This document shows positions 52,370 to 64,000 of a stretch of 64,000 nucleotides of DNA, in pieces; position 1 is the stretch's first letter; the number at the start of each line of letters is the position of its first letter. Location of the stretch: contig NC_043004.1 of assembly GCF_006345805.1 (NCBI RefSeq), positions 20,274,001 through 20,338,000 of the forward strand, written 5' to 3'. The translations under genes and the position numbers were made by a program. Under the pieces are notes generated by a model. That model saw nothing but the letters and a program-made list of their open reading frames with translations. It was not told where the DNA came from and ran no database searches. The stretch comes from Octopus sinensis (taxonomy: Eukaryota).

Positions 52370-54185
52370 TATTTCTTTATTGTCTATAGGGGCATACATA
52401 GAGAGGACAAACAAGGAAAGTTACAACATAGTGCTGGGGTTACAACCATGATAAAAAATGATTAAATCAATATAATGAAATCGGATGGAATTTTAAAAAT
52501 TAGATGATTACAATAAAATAGAAGCTTTGGGATTTTTATTTAACCTGCTGGTTTTCTTTTTTTTTTCTTTAAATTCCTTTTTTTTTTCCTCTGTAGTTTA
52601 TTTTCCTTTTTCTCTTTTTTTCGCCCTGACCGGCTACACTAGCACGGTCCCATTTAATCTCAGCATCCTTACAAGAGTCATGCATCTTTTCGTGAATACT
52701 CTTTGTGACAGGCACTTTTTCTGCAGACGGATCTTCCTTAGCAAGTGGTAGTTGAAATAACTCATCAACCCGCATCCAGAGATAAAGTTGATTGTCTCAC
52801 TTCCCCTTCCACGCGGTGTCCATACTGTATCTTTCGGTATGGCTACTACACAGGAAAAGGACGCCTCTCTTTCCTTATTAAATGAGGGAGGCAGTACGAT
52901 CTTGATGATGGACTCAGCCGATAGTTGTACTCTTTCTGTCTCCGACAGCAGTTGTTCGACATAGGTAATCAGTCCCTCAATTCCACACATTGCACGAAGA
53001 CCTGCGTAACAGTTTCACTCACGCGTCCACACCTCGGGCATGTAAGCGGGGGACATTAAACCCGTGCCTTGACAACCTCTCTCAAACTTGTAAGGCCGAT
53101 CGATAGCACAGCCAAACCAGTGATTTCTGGAAGTTATCCAGATACCCCGGCCCGAATGTCCTTCCGAACAAATTAATTAGCTGGTCCCTATCGAAGCCTA
53201 GAGCCAACCCCAGGATGTCGTCAGACTTGTGCTCCACCAACCCGCTATAGAAATCCGCAGTTGTAGTCCCGCTACCGGCACTATACGCCCAAGAGAACAG
53301 AGTGAGTGCTTGTCTGCACTCCCTCTGCTATTCGCCCATTCTAGGTCTTCGATTGATCCATGAGCCTACATCCCGCAGGGACGTTAATTGTGGAAACAGG
53401 AACTTAGCGTGATGTGACCACACCTGTTCACCTTCTAGTAGAGCCAGAGATGTCTCAGCCTCAGCGCATATTTGCGCATCATCAGTCACGGCATCCCTAA
53501 CCCACCCTTTAACGGTTTCTGGCAGCAGTGGTGGTTTCCCTTCCACAAAAAGCGGAATAGGAGCCGTTCTAACTTGATCAGCCACACACCGGGGCAAGGC
53601 ACGACGGTTAAGCGGTAGGTAATCACAGATGCTAATAACACCTATACAACCTACACCCTCCTTAGAAAGGATAAGGTCAACCCAGACCAGGTCTGGGTTA
53701 TGGCCGTCACCTTACCTGTGACCTTGCTCCAGTTTTTCTCCATCTGGAGATCTTGTTCAAACCAGACTCCGAGCAGTTTAACCGAGCCCTCTGTCCAACG
53801 TCCTACGACGCTGTTGGGAGGCATCGACTTGCCTCTCCAGGTGCCGAGTTGTAAGCCGGCTGATTTATCTTGGTTAACTTTTGCCCTGTCATCGCTTCGT
53901 ATCTTTTGATGGTGTCTTCTACACGAGGTAGTTGCTCTTCATCAGACATGATTATGGTTGCATCATCCACGTACGCCGTTGCTCCTCTACCGTAACATAG
54001 ATCACGTGGTTCGCCCCCGCGGTCTCCAGCCTCCGCAATAATGGCTCAAGAGCCAATATATACAGAAGCGGGGACAGGGGGCAACCCTGGCGAACTGAAC
54101 GCTCGATCGCGAACGGTTTCAAGAAGAAACCGTTCCCCCGGACAACTGATTTGATGTCACTATACATAACCTGGGAGGTGTCCGC
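52370..54185 (-). mobile_element. 5'-truncated Tx1-clade LINE (RT to CCHC knuckle, plus 3' UTR)
   Basis: SVRQGCPLSPLLYILALEPLL..AYVDDATI..KLLGVWF..LERLLFRFLW..KGGLGMP..TCPRCGRVSETV..FVQC; the 3' end reads ..CAATAAAGAAATA. Confidence 0.88.
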
Positions 54186-54374
54186 CACAAAAATTATATA
54201 TGTTAGTGATATTTTGTACTTTGAAATGAATAAAATCGATCAATCAAAAAAATTCTAATCATATACTCGAAATATTCGTTGTTAAAAGTTAACAATTCTC
54301 GCACTGCCCAAAAGCAACCAACACAACTTAAATAGAAAAATTGACGCGTGACGTCACAACGCATCAGTTTCAAA

Positions 54375-54600
54375 ATGGCTAACACAAGCGATGAGTGCAT
54401 GTTGTCCGTTTGTTCAGTGGATATCGATCTTCATTTGTCTTTTTGAAGAGTCATCTTTTGACTATACCAACGATGAAGATATTCAACAAATCGTACTATA
54501 TCGATTTGAACCAGAAGCATCAGATTTGGAAAAATCCGATTCATTACAGGCCACAGACCATGATGACGAAGATGAGTCTAGATTAGGGAAACACTGACTG
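54375..54600 (+). pseudogene. Frameshifted first exon of a KolX / P2X7-C-terminal-like gene (Kolobok accessory gene)
   Basis: AAAATGGCT start; acidic N-terminus ..DEDIQQIVLYRFEPE..DHDDEDESRLG(N)TDW ending at a TG|GTATGG donor. I recall the YxFEP..RLGNTDW-CxCGxC pattern from this family, but the Cys-rich next exon was not found. Confidence 0.5.
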
Positions 54601-55004
54601 GTATGGTTATATAAATATTCCTAATGTGAATCAAACTTGTTTAAATGATCGAATACTTCGGTCTCAAGTTATTTGAAAGTATGTCTGTGTATGTAAATCG
54701 ATGATACGAAATTTACATGCCGCTGCACCCGCCAGGTTGACTAGCAGGAAAATATCTGCGCAATTTAATTACTTTAATTAGACTATTAAGCTTGCCGCGA
54801 CAATTATCAAAGTGTCAATGTTGTACAGTTTTAATCCACTATAATTAGCCTTCTCATTTACTTTCAATAGTTCTGGTAGCACCTAAAAAGAGATTTCAAA
54901 TCTAAAATAAACTAGTTAACAGTTCAGGAACTGCTTCAGCAGAATAAAACTGATATTGTTATTCAGTCAATGTGAAATAAAATATAATAGTCATGTCTAC
55001 TAAA

Positions 55005-55393
55005 GGCACATGGCCTGAAATTTGCTGGGGGGGTGTAAGTCGATCACATCGACCCTCCCCCCAGTACTTGACCGGTACTTAATTTATCGATCCCGAAAGG
55101 ATAAAAGGCATAGATAATCTCGGCGGAATTTGAGCTCAGAACGTAGCGGCAGACGAAATACCTATTCCTCTACTACCTACAAGGGGCTAAACACAGAGAG
55201 GACAAACAAGGAAAGACAAACGGATTAAGTCGATTATATCGACCCCAGTGCGTAACTGGTACTTATTTAATCGACCCCGAAAGGATGAAAGGCAAAGTCG
55301 ACCTCGGTGGAATTTGAACTCAGAACGTAGCGGCAGACGAAATACCGCTAAGCATTTCGCCCGGCGTGCTAACGTTTCTGCCAGTTCGCTGCC
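55005..55393 (-). mobile_element. Tandem pair of SINE family B copies (full 55163-55393, 5'-truncated 55005-55162)
   Basis: The block GGTATTTCGTCTGCCGCTACGTTCTGAG(T/C)TCAAATTCC appears twice on the minus strand. Confidence 0.85.
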
Positions 55394-55799
55394 TGAATGA
55401 TAATTATAATAAGGCAATTGCTAACAGAGTAATGCACAACATTCGGCATATTATTTGTGATAAAAAGAACAACAGAGAATAACAATGACTTAAATCTAGG
55501 ATAAAAATACTACACATGTACATATTTCTTACTGTGAACACCAACAGACACAGAACTATCTTACATACACCGACAAGCATTCTAATTACATACCAAAACA
55601 TAAAACTCGGCTATATATGCTGATTCATAAACGAAGTGATACCCTGAGATAGGCTAGTGAACATCCAGGACGTCTCGGACGTTAGGCTATTTAGCCCCTG
55701 GAAACTTTTTGAAACATTCTCCCAAAGTCTTAATTTCTATTTATTTGTTTATTTGTTTATTTAAAAAATCTATTTATTTATTTAACAATTTATTTATTT

Positions 55800-55965
55800 A
55801 TTTATTTATTTAACAATTTAAATGTTAAAGAGAATCTAACGGTTTTTATGTGTTTCTTAAATGGCTTATAAACACATTCCACGCTGCAATTGTTTTCGTT
55901 CCAGCACACGATCTCAGATCAGGTCACTTGCTATGCAAGTACATCTCCGTAATTTATTTATTTAT
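55800..55965 (-). mobile_element. LINE-like 3' end fragment within (AAAT)n repeats
   Basis: Short unique block bounded on both sides by (TTTA)n. A CR1-type tail is inferred, not proven. Confidence 0.4.
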
Positions 55966-56066
55966 TTATTTATTTATTTAATGTAATATAGAAATTTGTG
56001 GTCTTGAATTTATATGCAACTATCACGAGTGGTATTAAACATTACATACCCAGTTTCTTTCCCTTT

Positions 56067-56411
56067 TTACAATAGTTGGGCGTTCTGGTGTGGGGATGAG
56101 GGACGATGAGAATGCCGCTTTGAGATCTTCCAGTTTTCTTTTGTGTACGGATCCTGGGGATGGGGAGATAAACGTTTCTTCTTATTCATTCCGAACTCTT
56201 TCATAAGCGACTGTTGCACTTCAAAACAGTTTGGATTAAAATGCTCTGAACAAACCACAGTGTACTGCGAAGTTCCAGACCACTTTGCTCTTGTGAGCTC
56301 CACAAACCGAGTTCATGCTCCAAGCTCTTTCTCGTCCTTAGGTAAAACGGGCACAGAAACACTGTCCGATGGACTATTACTACACCCTGCCACAAAACAC
56401 TTTCTACCCAT
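56067..56411 (-). pseudogene. THAP zinc-finger domain (transposase N-terminus) with an in-frame stop
   Basis: MGRKCFVAGCSNSPSDSVSVPVLPKDEKELGA*TRFVELTRAKWSGTSQYTVVCSEHFNPNCF..KKRL: the C-x4-C..P..W..CSxHF THAP signature, with the conserved W mutated to TGA. Confidence 0.85.
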
Positions 56412-56649
56412 CGTCCTGGAACTCATAATAAACGATAATATTCTAGGAGTCCTCACACGGAAAATTGCGCCAATGATGTTATGTAACGTTACATCCGGTA
56501 TAGTGGTTTTAGCCTCATTTTCGGTTTTGCAAAGGTGCAAAATGAGAAGTCGCTTTTTGACCGATTTCTCGTTTATCGACAAGTAATTTTTTGTAATTAT
56601 GCAACCGATCGAATTTATATATAAATTCATACAAAACAACACCCACTTT

Positions 56650-57640
56650 GTATGATGGGTTCCCGGACACTTTAAGCCAAAGCACCATCACTTATGCCAG
56701 CAAATAGAAAAGACAACAAAAGGTTAGACAGCCAGAGAAACCACCGCTAGAACCACTTCCACCCACAGCAGCAACAAACGGCAACATTAAAAAAAATTAC
56801 GATGATGCCAAGAGTAAATTCTAAGAGCCGTAACAATGAAGGAATTGAAAAGAAGAACGTCAAAACAATTCATTAGAATCTCCGATTCTCCCTCCAAACC
56901 AGGTATGGATTTTAACGTGAATCGTTTTGGACCGGAGTTGGAGTAACAGTTTCCTGAATGTATAGAGGACTGTTGTGAAAATAGGTCTGGGGTCAGTGTG
57001 AATGTGCTGTTCCACGTTAAACCAGATACAATCCACAAGATCCTCATGCGCCTTCCAGGACGGGAGTATTTGCATGTCACGGTTGAGAGAAGAAAGCCAT
57101 TGTTTCACCTTTCTGCTCCCAACAGAAAAAAACAAAACCGTAAAACCATCTGAGTACTACTACATCTACAACAACTAACTAGCTACGAACAACAGCGAAA
57201 GCGATACCAACTCCGGCAACGACAGTATGAACAACAGGAACAGCAAAACCAGCAAATGCTGGAAGAACACCAACACCAGCAACAACAGCAGTACCAATAC
57301 CATCAGCTGCAGATGCATCACCAACAATTTCAACAGCAGAAAGAATAATAATAATGGACGCAAACAACATCCAGAGGCTCTCTCATTGAAACTCTCCCCC
57401 ACCCCCGTCTCCATTTCATTTAAACTTAAATTCATACACAGACTTGCTCTCCGATTCGATACTGATAGCTCTGCATCAGGCAATGAGAATGAGGAGAGAC
57501 CCCCTCCCCGCAAAACAAATATAAAACATCATATCCCACACCAAGACACACATGAAAAGCACAGAATGCTCAGACTCACTCACAGCAACTTCAACTGTAA
57601 GTAGAGCCCCCACCCCACTTTTTTTTCAAAACTCCCTCCA
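56650..57640 (+). mobile_element. Decayed L1/Tx1-type ORF1 fragment with N/S/T-rich tail
   Basis: ..HKILMRLPGREYLHVTVERRKPLF.. resembles the xVxVEGRxP motif of the ORF1 at 51500. The 5' piece ATGGGTTCCCGGA..TTTAAG matches 50545-50565 (-). Confidence 0.5.
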
Positions 57641-57892
57641 GTCAACAAGGCAGGTTTAAGAATGGGTTGTATGAATGGTAGTGACTTAGGATCACCCTGA
57701 AAGCAAACGCACCTTCTCAACTAGCCGTGAGCGAAACTAGGATTTCCGACACGCACAACCTAGTCCTTATTTTCCTTATTTTCAACGATTTTGATATCAA
57801 CGCATCTCTTATTCAACCTGGAATGGGAGGCGAAGTTGTTGTCCTCTTTCCACAAGTTTCAGGCCGTGTGCCTATAGTCGAATTATCATTAT

Positions 57893-58075
57893 TAAAACGG
57901 TGAGCTGGCAGAATCGTTACTGCGCCTGACAAAATACTTAGAGACATTTCGTTCATTTTAACGCTTTGAATAAAAATACCGCTGAAGTTAACTTTTCCAG
58001 TCATCCTTTCGAGGTCGATGAAATAAATACCAGTCGAGTACTGGGGTCGTTGTAATCAACTTACCCCTCTCCCAA
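57893..58075 (+). mobile_element. SINE family B, diverged copy
   Basis: CGGTGAGCTGGCAGAATCGTTA..CATCCTTTCGAGGTCGATGAAATAAATACCAG..CTGGGGTCG. Confidence 0.7.
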
Positions 58076-58824
58076 AATTTCAGATCTTAAACCCGCAATA
58101 GAAAGGATTAACATTATCTTCGTTCATCGTAATCACCATCAAAATTATCGGCAGTTGTCTGCAAAAGAAGCAAGCGTGTGGTTGAAGCAAATATAGAATA
58201 CTGACGTGTAATTTTGTTTGTAGTCTGGAGTTGTACTGAATGTGATTGGTGTCCACAGCAGAACAAGCAGCAGATGAATGCGTATAGTGGAATAAGAATT
58301 CTAAACTAATAACTCGTTATCACTGTTTGCTTTTATTCTTGAATTACTTCTATCAATTTTATCAGAATGGGCGATAGTTAGGTAGCACGATACAGAATAA
58401 CACAGAATTTTATGGTTTCTGTTTGAATCGTATATTTCAGTATATAGCTTTCTTTTTAATATTTATCTGTCTGACAAAATTTAATAACTTATATTTTGAA
58501 TCACAGTAGGAAATATAAAGCGTTGAAATATTCCTCATCAGATATAACTTGGGTTCTGTAAATTAGTTGCAATAATCTATATATCAATACGCTAAGGCCG
58601 AGATGCATTACCCTGTCATGTGATTAGTTGCTGGGAAAAGCGAAGAGCAAGAGAGAAAGAGATAGAAAGAAAATGAGGGAGAAAGAAAAAGAAGGAGAGA
58701 CAAGTGTCTGTAGGGGGAACGTAATATTTATTATGTGGTTAAAAAGTTAGTTGAAGAGGAGAGAAAGTGAGTTAGAAATACAATGTTTGGCAGAATGTCG
58801 ATGTTCTAGTTGTGAGGTTTAAAA

Positions 58825-58893
<69 letters not shown>

Positions 58894-58920
58894 CAGATAG
58901 AGTGTGTGTGTGCGTGTGTG

Positions 58921-58977
<57 letters not shown>

Positions 58978-58980
58978 TTA

Positions 58981-59350
58981 GCGTGGAGGCACAATGGCCC
59001 AGTGGTTAGGGCAGCGGACTCACGGTTGTGGGATCGCGGTTTCGATTCTCAGACCGGGCGTTGTGAGTCTTTACTGAGTAAACACACCTAAAGCTTCACG
59101 GGGCTCCAGCAGGGGGGGGGGCGAACCTTGCTGTACTCTTTCACCACAACTTTCACTCTTCCTGTTTCTGTTGTACCTGTGTTTCAAAGGGCCAGCCTTG
59201 TCACACACTGTGTCACTCTGAATCTCACCGAAAACTACGTTAAGGGTACACGTTTCTGTGGAGTGCTCAGCCACTTGCAGGTTACTTTCACGAGCAGGCT
59301 GTTCCGTTGATCGGAGCAACTGGAACCCTCGTCACCGTAATCGACGAAGT
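58981..59350 (+). mobile_element. tRNA-derived SINE (head A, tail Y chimera)
   Basis: The head matches 11222-11413 (-) up to CCTGTTTCT (59169). The remainder matches the body of 5160-5310 (-). Confidence 0.8.
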
Positions 59351-60069
59351 GCCACGACGTGTGTTTAGCAGAAGGAAATTTTAGATATATTATTGTCACT
59401 AACAAGAAACTAACAGTTTGATATTCATATGCAGATTTTTATATCATTTATCTGTCGATCTCTTTATTTATGTATTCACATTGACAGATATCTTGATGGG
59501 TGGACGAAAGAAAAAAATTATAATGAAAATTATATAAGATAGATTTTTCAATGAAAGTGAAATAACTTAGCAAAATACTCATGGATGTTATATTTGAAAA
59601 ACTTTTATTTGAACTTTGCATTGATAACAAGAAAAGTAGATATAGCAAAACATCTGAACCGAAATGAAATGAAATGTGTTGACTGACAAACAACTTCTCT
59701 TTTTTTTTTAATTGAATTAATTTTTTTTTATGTTACCCATTATTTACATTTAAAAACACCTTTCAGTTCTTCTGGATAAAGCTGTACTTGAAGGAGCATG
59801 TGCATAAGTGTAATTACTTAACGTCTTCCTGCTTGAAAATTGTTATTTGCTTATAAAATATGGATGACAGACGATGTGAGCTAACAAGAGAAAGAATGAA
59901 ACAGTATAGGCAATGTCGTAAAGAGAAGCAGAGGTTCGAATCACAAGAACAAGAGTATCACTGTGTAGAAGAGAAAATATGAATCAAAGAGTATAGAGTA
60001 TTTACAACAGATAAGGGAACGTGTTCAAGATAGAATATAAAATGAGAGAGAGAGAGTAAAAGTACCTAC

Positions 60070-60240
60070 AAACATATTGTTGAAAGTTACGACATTGGTG
60101 GCATGAATATTCTCTGTAATCATTGTAAAGTTCTTAGATTTAAAAATGCAACTCTGAACAGCTGAGAGGATGGCAATGTTATGCTCCTTCAAGTACAGCT
60201 TTATCCAGAAGAACTGAAAGGTGTTTTTAAATGTAAATAA
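60070..60240 (+). mobile_element. Helitron Rep/helicase N-terminal zinc-binding remnant
   Basis: KHIVESYDIGGMNILCNHCKVLRFKNATLNS*EDGNVML..YPEELKGVF resembles the Helitron IGxMxxxCxxCxAxxF..CCxxGxV..PxxL motif. Confidence 0.65.
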
Positions 60241-60511
60241 TGCAGAATATACAAATTATAAAAGAACACTAATATTCACGGTTCTGCATAATCTTACAAC
60301 CATCTAAAAAAATGTATTTACAGAGGAATTTCCACTGTACTGCTATTCAATATATGAATACGCTTAGGCCGAAATGCGTTTTGCTATTACCTCATTAGCC
60401 GAAGGGAAACGCGAAGAAGGAGAGAGAAAGGGAGAGGTGTTAACGACGTGTAATAAGGGGAACGTAATAGTTATTACGTGTTTAAAAATCTTTCCTGAAG
60501 TGAGTGATATA

Positions 60512-60738
60512 TATTTCTTTATTGCCCACAAAGGGCTAAACATAGCGGGGACAAACAAAGACAGACAAAGGGATTAAGTCGATTACATCGACTCCAGTAC
60601 GTAACTGGTAGTTTATTTATCGACACCGAAAGGATGAAAAGGCAAAGTCGACCTCGGCGGAATTTGAACTCAGAACGTAACGGCAGACGAAATACGGCTA
60701 CGCATTTCACTCGGCGAGGTAACGATTCTGCCAGCTCG
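60512..60738 (-). mobile_element. SINE family B copy inserted into the Helitron-derived repeat
   Basis: Full head-to-tail match; the 3' end reads TTTAGCCCTTTGTGGGCAATAAAGAAATA. Confidence 0.85.
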
Positions 60739-61774
60739 AGATTTAGAAATAGAATGTTTAACAGTGTGGTGATGTTCTGGCGGTGAGTTTAAATAGAGAG
60801 AAAGAGAGGGTAAGAGAGAGTAGTGATGATATTGCCAGCCGTTATATTAAATTGTCATGTGGTTAGTGGAAGTGAGAGGCGAAGATAGAGAAGAATATAC
60901 AAATTATAAAGGAACACTAACTTTTATGGCTCTATATAAACTTACAGCAATAAAAATAATATCGTATTGACCGTGGAATTTCCATCAGTAGTTTTCGTTG
61001 GAGACCCTTGTTGACAATTATATATCATAAAATTGACCACTTGTTCGCCTATGGATAGGCAAACAGGTGATCTGTTTTATGATATATAGTTGTTGTAGAA
61101 GTAAATTATAGATTTCATCGAAAAGTTCTCCCGAGAAGATTGAAAATTCCAAAGTTTCGGATACTTCAGGATAAGAGAATATAGCGTTTGTGATTGTATG
61201 ATGTCCGTGGTATCAACCACGAGTTCAATAAGTGAGATGGTATTTCCAGGAATAAATGACGTGCCTAATACATCCATAATAGCAAAAGACTAGTGTTTGT
61301 TACTGTAACCATTTCGTCTTCGGTAGCTATTTTAAGCTTTAAAAAGTGTAAGATGATGATAAAGAAATCATCATCCATTGTTATTTAAAGATACATGTAT
61401 ACTTGAATGTATTAGTGATGGATCTATGCCTTAAACAAATGAAGGGTACACGCATGGTCGTGTCGTTTAGCAGTTCGCTTTACAACCACATCGTTACTTG
61501 TTTTAATCTCATATACATGATATCTTGGGCAAGTATGTTTTATCACAAGTATGTTTTATTCAACAATACGGAATTCATTAGAAGTACGCCACAATACGCA
61601 CGCGCACACACTCACACACGTGTGTGTATTTATCAGTTAGTTTCTTTAATTGGATTGTGGCCTTAATTGGGCACAGATTTCGGCCTCCGATTCTAAATTC
61701 AGTCTAGTACATACTTTACCAATAACTATATTTATTGGCTGGACCACTTATTTACGATATACATATACATATGC

Positions 61775-61805
<31 letters not shown>

Positions 61806-62170
61806 CACAAAGTAGTGAAGATAGACATACATACACAGCACACATGTATGCATATAGTTCAATATTTCGTTGAAAGATATAAGCATCAGCGACAAAACCG
61901 ATAAAAAGTGATCGTCGAAGTCCTTTACCCCATTTGTTCTGCGCCTAGTTGTAATTACTTCCTTGTCGCTAGCGTCATCAGAAATGCTGAGAAATAATGA
62001 TAGGCTTTTTTAAAACAATTAACTAATGATGCTATTGTTACACAGGTGTGATGTGTTAAAAAAATTGATTCATTGATACCATTCAGTCAAACAATGAATG
62101 TTCAAGTAATCGTTTAGAATTCTTCTGATGTTCTAACTTTAATTTCTCCATTTTCCATCTATATTTTCAG

Positions 62171-62642
62171 GTCAACTATGCCAACTCACGTTGTTCTTTT
62201 GTGTATCCTATTAACGAAGCGATTAAATTCTACGTCCGCAAGGAACTTGATGTCATTTTTGGCCCATTCTGTGACTACGCAGCAGCACCTCTTGCAAGAC
62301 AGATAACATTCTGGAGTATACCCATGCTGACTGCCGGTGCAATGGCAGCAGATTTTGCAAGGTACAGATTAGTGCATTACCCATTACTGACAAGAATCGG
62401 ACCAAACTTCGTATCTTTGACACAATTCCTTTCGACGATGCTGCGTGAGTATAAGTGGAACATTGTCCAACTATTATATGATCCATATGGACAAGGATAT
62501 TTCGAGGATAAATTCTGTCATATTGCTAGTGATAGCATCCATTATGGCTTGAAGGACGAATTCAAGGCACCGTACCAAAAATTTGAAAAAACGGAGGATC
62601 TACTAACGGAACTAGGAACTGTCCTTGGCGTAAATGTTGCAG
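62171..62642 (+). CDS. Internal coding exon of a natriuretic peptide receptor / receptor guanylyl cyclase-type gene (extracellular ligand-binding domain)
   Basis: Pyrimidine-rich acceptor ..ATATTTTCAG|GTC (phase 0) and donor GCAG|GTAGG (phase 1). The 157 open codons read VNYANSRCS..DVIFGPFCDYAAAPLARQITFWSIPMLTAGA..YPLLTRIGP..LREYKWNIVQLLYD..FCH, with the GPxCxY, WxIPxLTAGA and LTR motifs of this family. The track ORF 62201-62926 reads through the donor into intron. Confidence 0.9.
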
Positions 62643-63313
62643 GTAGGCCAAAATTTGTTGAAAGTGTTATTCATTTTATAATCAATCTTTCATTGTTCAT
62701 GATTTTGGAAGTAGCTCAAGACTTTACGGTCATTCTTAAAAAGATGTTAAATAAATTTCGAAAAATGTGCCTAAAAATATTTCAGGTCATCAAATATTTC
62801 GTGAAAATATCCTTACTTTGTTCACAGATCCGAGTATTGCTGTTTGTTTTCTGGGGACGTTCCTGTGTCTATTTTTATAAGTATTCTGTAAATATACTTA
62901 CACGAATGATAGCGAAACTTTCTTAGTTGCTAGTTAGTTATTTGAGGAAAGGCTTTTAGCAACAAAAACAAGAAATTGCGGACTCAGAATCTCTGATATT
63001 GAAAGTGGGTTTTTTTTTTAGACATCAAGAAAATGTAAGGGAGTGTATTAAAAAAACTCAAACTGAAAAATTTACTGCTGGTTTTAAAACGAGTGATTAT
63101 CTCTCGGTATATATATATGTACATGGTAGTATTAATGACCTATATAAACACACATTTACAGATGTACAAAGACGGGAAATTATATTCTTTTATTCCCCTT
63201 TACTACATGAATTAGGATAAAGCAAACAATGGAGATTTCAGCGATGGAATTAACTACTGAAAATAGTTAATCTCTTTGCTGGAATTGCTTCTTCTCTGCA
63301 AAGAAGAGATGGT

Positions 63314-63361
<48 letters not shown>

Positions 63362-63498
63362 TGGTGACATTAATAGGAAAAGCGATACAGATGTAAGATA
63401 TTAAAAAACACATGTCACAGTTCATATAACGGTGTTTTCTGAGTTTCATGTTGAAATTTTCAACAATAAAAGATGGGAGTCACATTTATATATATACA

Positions 63499-63566
<68 letters not shown>

Positions 63567-63704
63567 TGTAGACAAATATATATATATATGTATACACACA
63601 CACACATATATATATATATGAACTGGAAATTATAAAAATCTTGGCAGTTAAGATTTTAATAATTACTTTGGTAACAATTACTTAATCACAACTAGTTAAG
63701 AATT

Positions 63705-63880
63705 GCCTACTCGCGTTCTTCCTTTTGATTATCCTATCAATGAAGCGATTAGATTCTAAGTCCGCAAGGAACTTGATGTCATTTTTGGTTCATTCCGTGA
63801 CTACGCAGCAGCACCACTTCCAAGACAGATAACATTCTGGAGTATACCCATGCTGACTGCTGGTGCAATGGCAGCAGATT
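63705..63880 (+). pseudogene. Decayed partial duplicate of the receptor exon
   Basis: Aligns to ~62180-62354 with scattered substitutions. TAC>TAA stop at 63757-63759; no acceptor or donor retained. Confidence 0.9.
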
Positions 63881-64000
63881 CTTTTATTATTGTACATATG
63901 TGATTAACAAATGTGATGGATACATTCCTTGTTATCCAGTTATGTTTGTAATTCATCAATTTGCTCACTTCTTTACTAAATTATATTGTAATATTATGTC

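Noticed and set aside
62643-62926. C-terminal part of the 241-aa ORF
   Set aside because: It lies beyond a good GCAG|GTAGG donor and loses family similarity, so it is intron read-through.

Overview
AT-rich, microsatellite-saturated animal genomic DNA. The repeat style suggests Octopus or another cephalopod, but this is inference from the repeats, not a database match. Only one convincing host exon was found: 62171-62642 (+), the ligand-binding domain of a natriuretic-peptide-receptor / receptor guanylyl cyclase-type gene, with a decayed partial copy about 1 kb downstream. The rest is non-coding and full of decayed mobile elements. These include at least three tRNA-derived SINE families, CR1-group, R4/Dong-like, HERO-like and Tx1-like LINEs, a Gypsy remnant, Tc1, maT and pogo remnants, Helitron-type pieces and a probable Kolobok remnant. 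Most short ORFs in the supplied track are microsatellite translations. The most interesting signal is RNA-level. Several unrelated repeats embedded in (TA)n carry hammerhead ribozyme (HHR) cores. One is a 480-bp tandem unit with one intact HHR per unit, and one is a mirror-image fold-back pair. A motif at 905-977 (-) has all HHR core nucleotides and helices, but its three strands are in an order matching none of the canonical types I/II/III. Also notable: a LINE flanked by (ATAC)n, a SINE family sharing its 3' tail with Tx1-like LINEs, and a head-to-tail Tx1 array that includes an apparent ORF1-only element. All pairings and translations were done by eye and none is experimentally verified.
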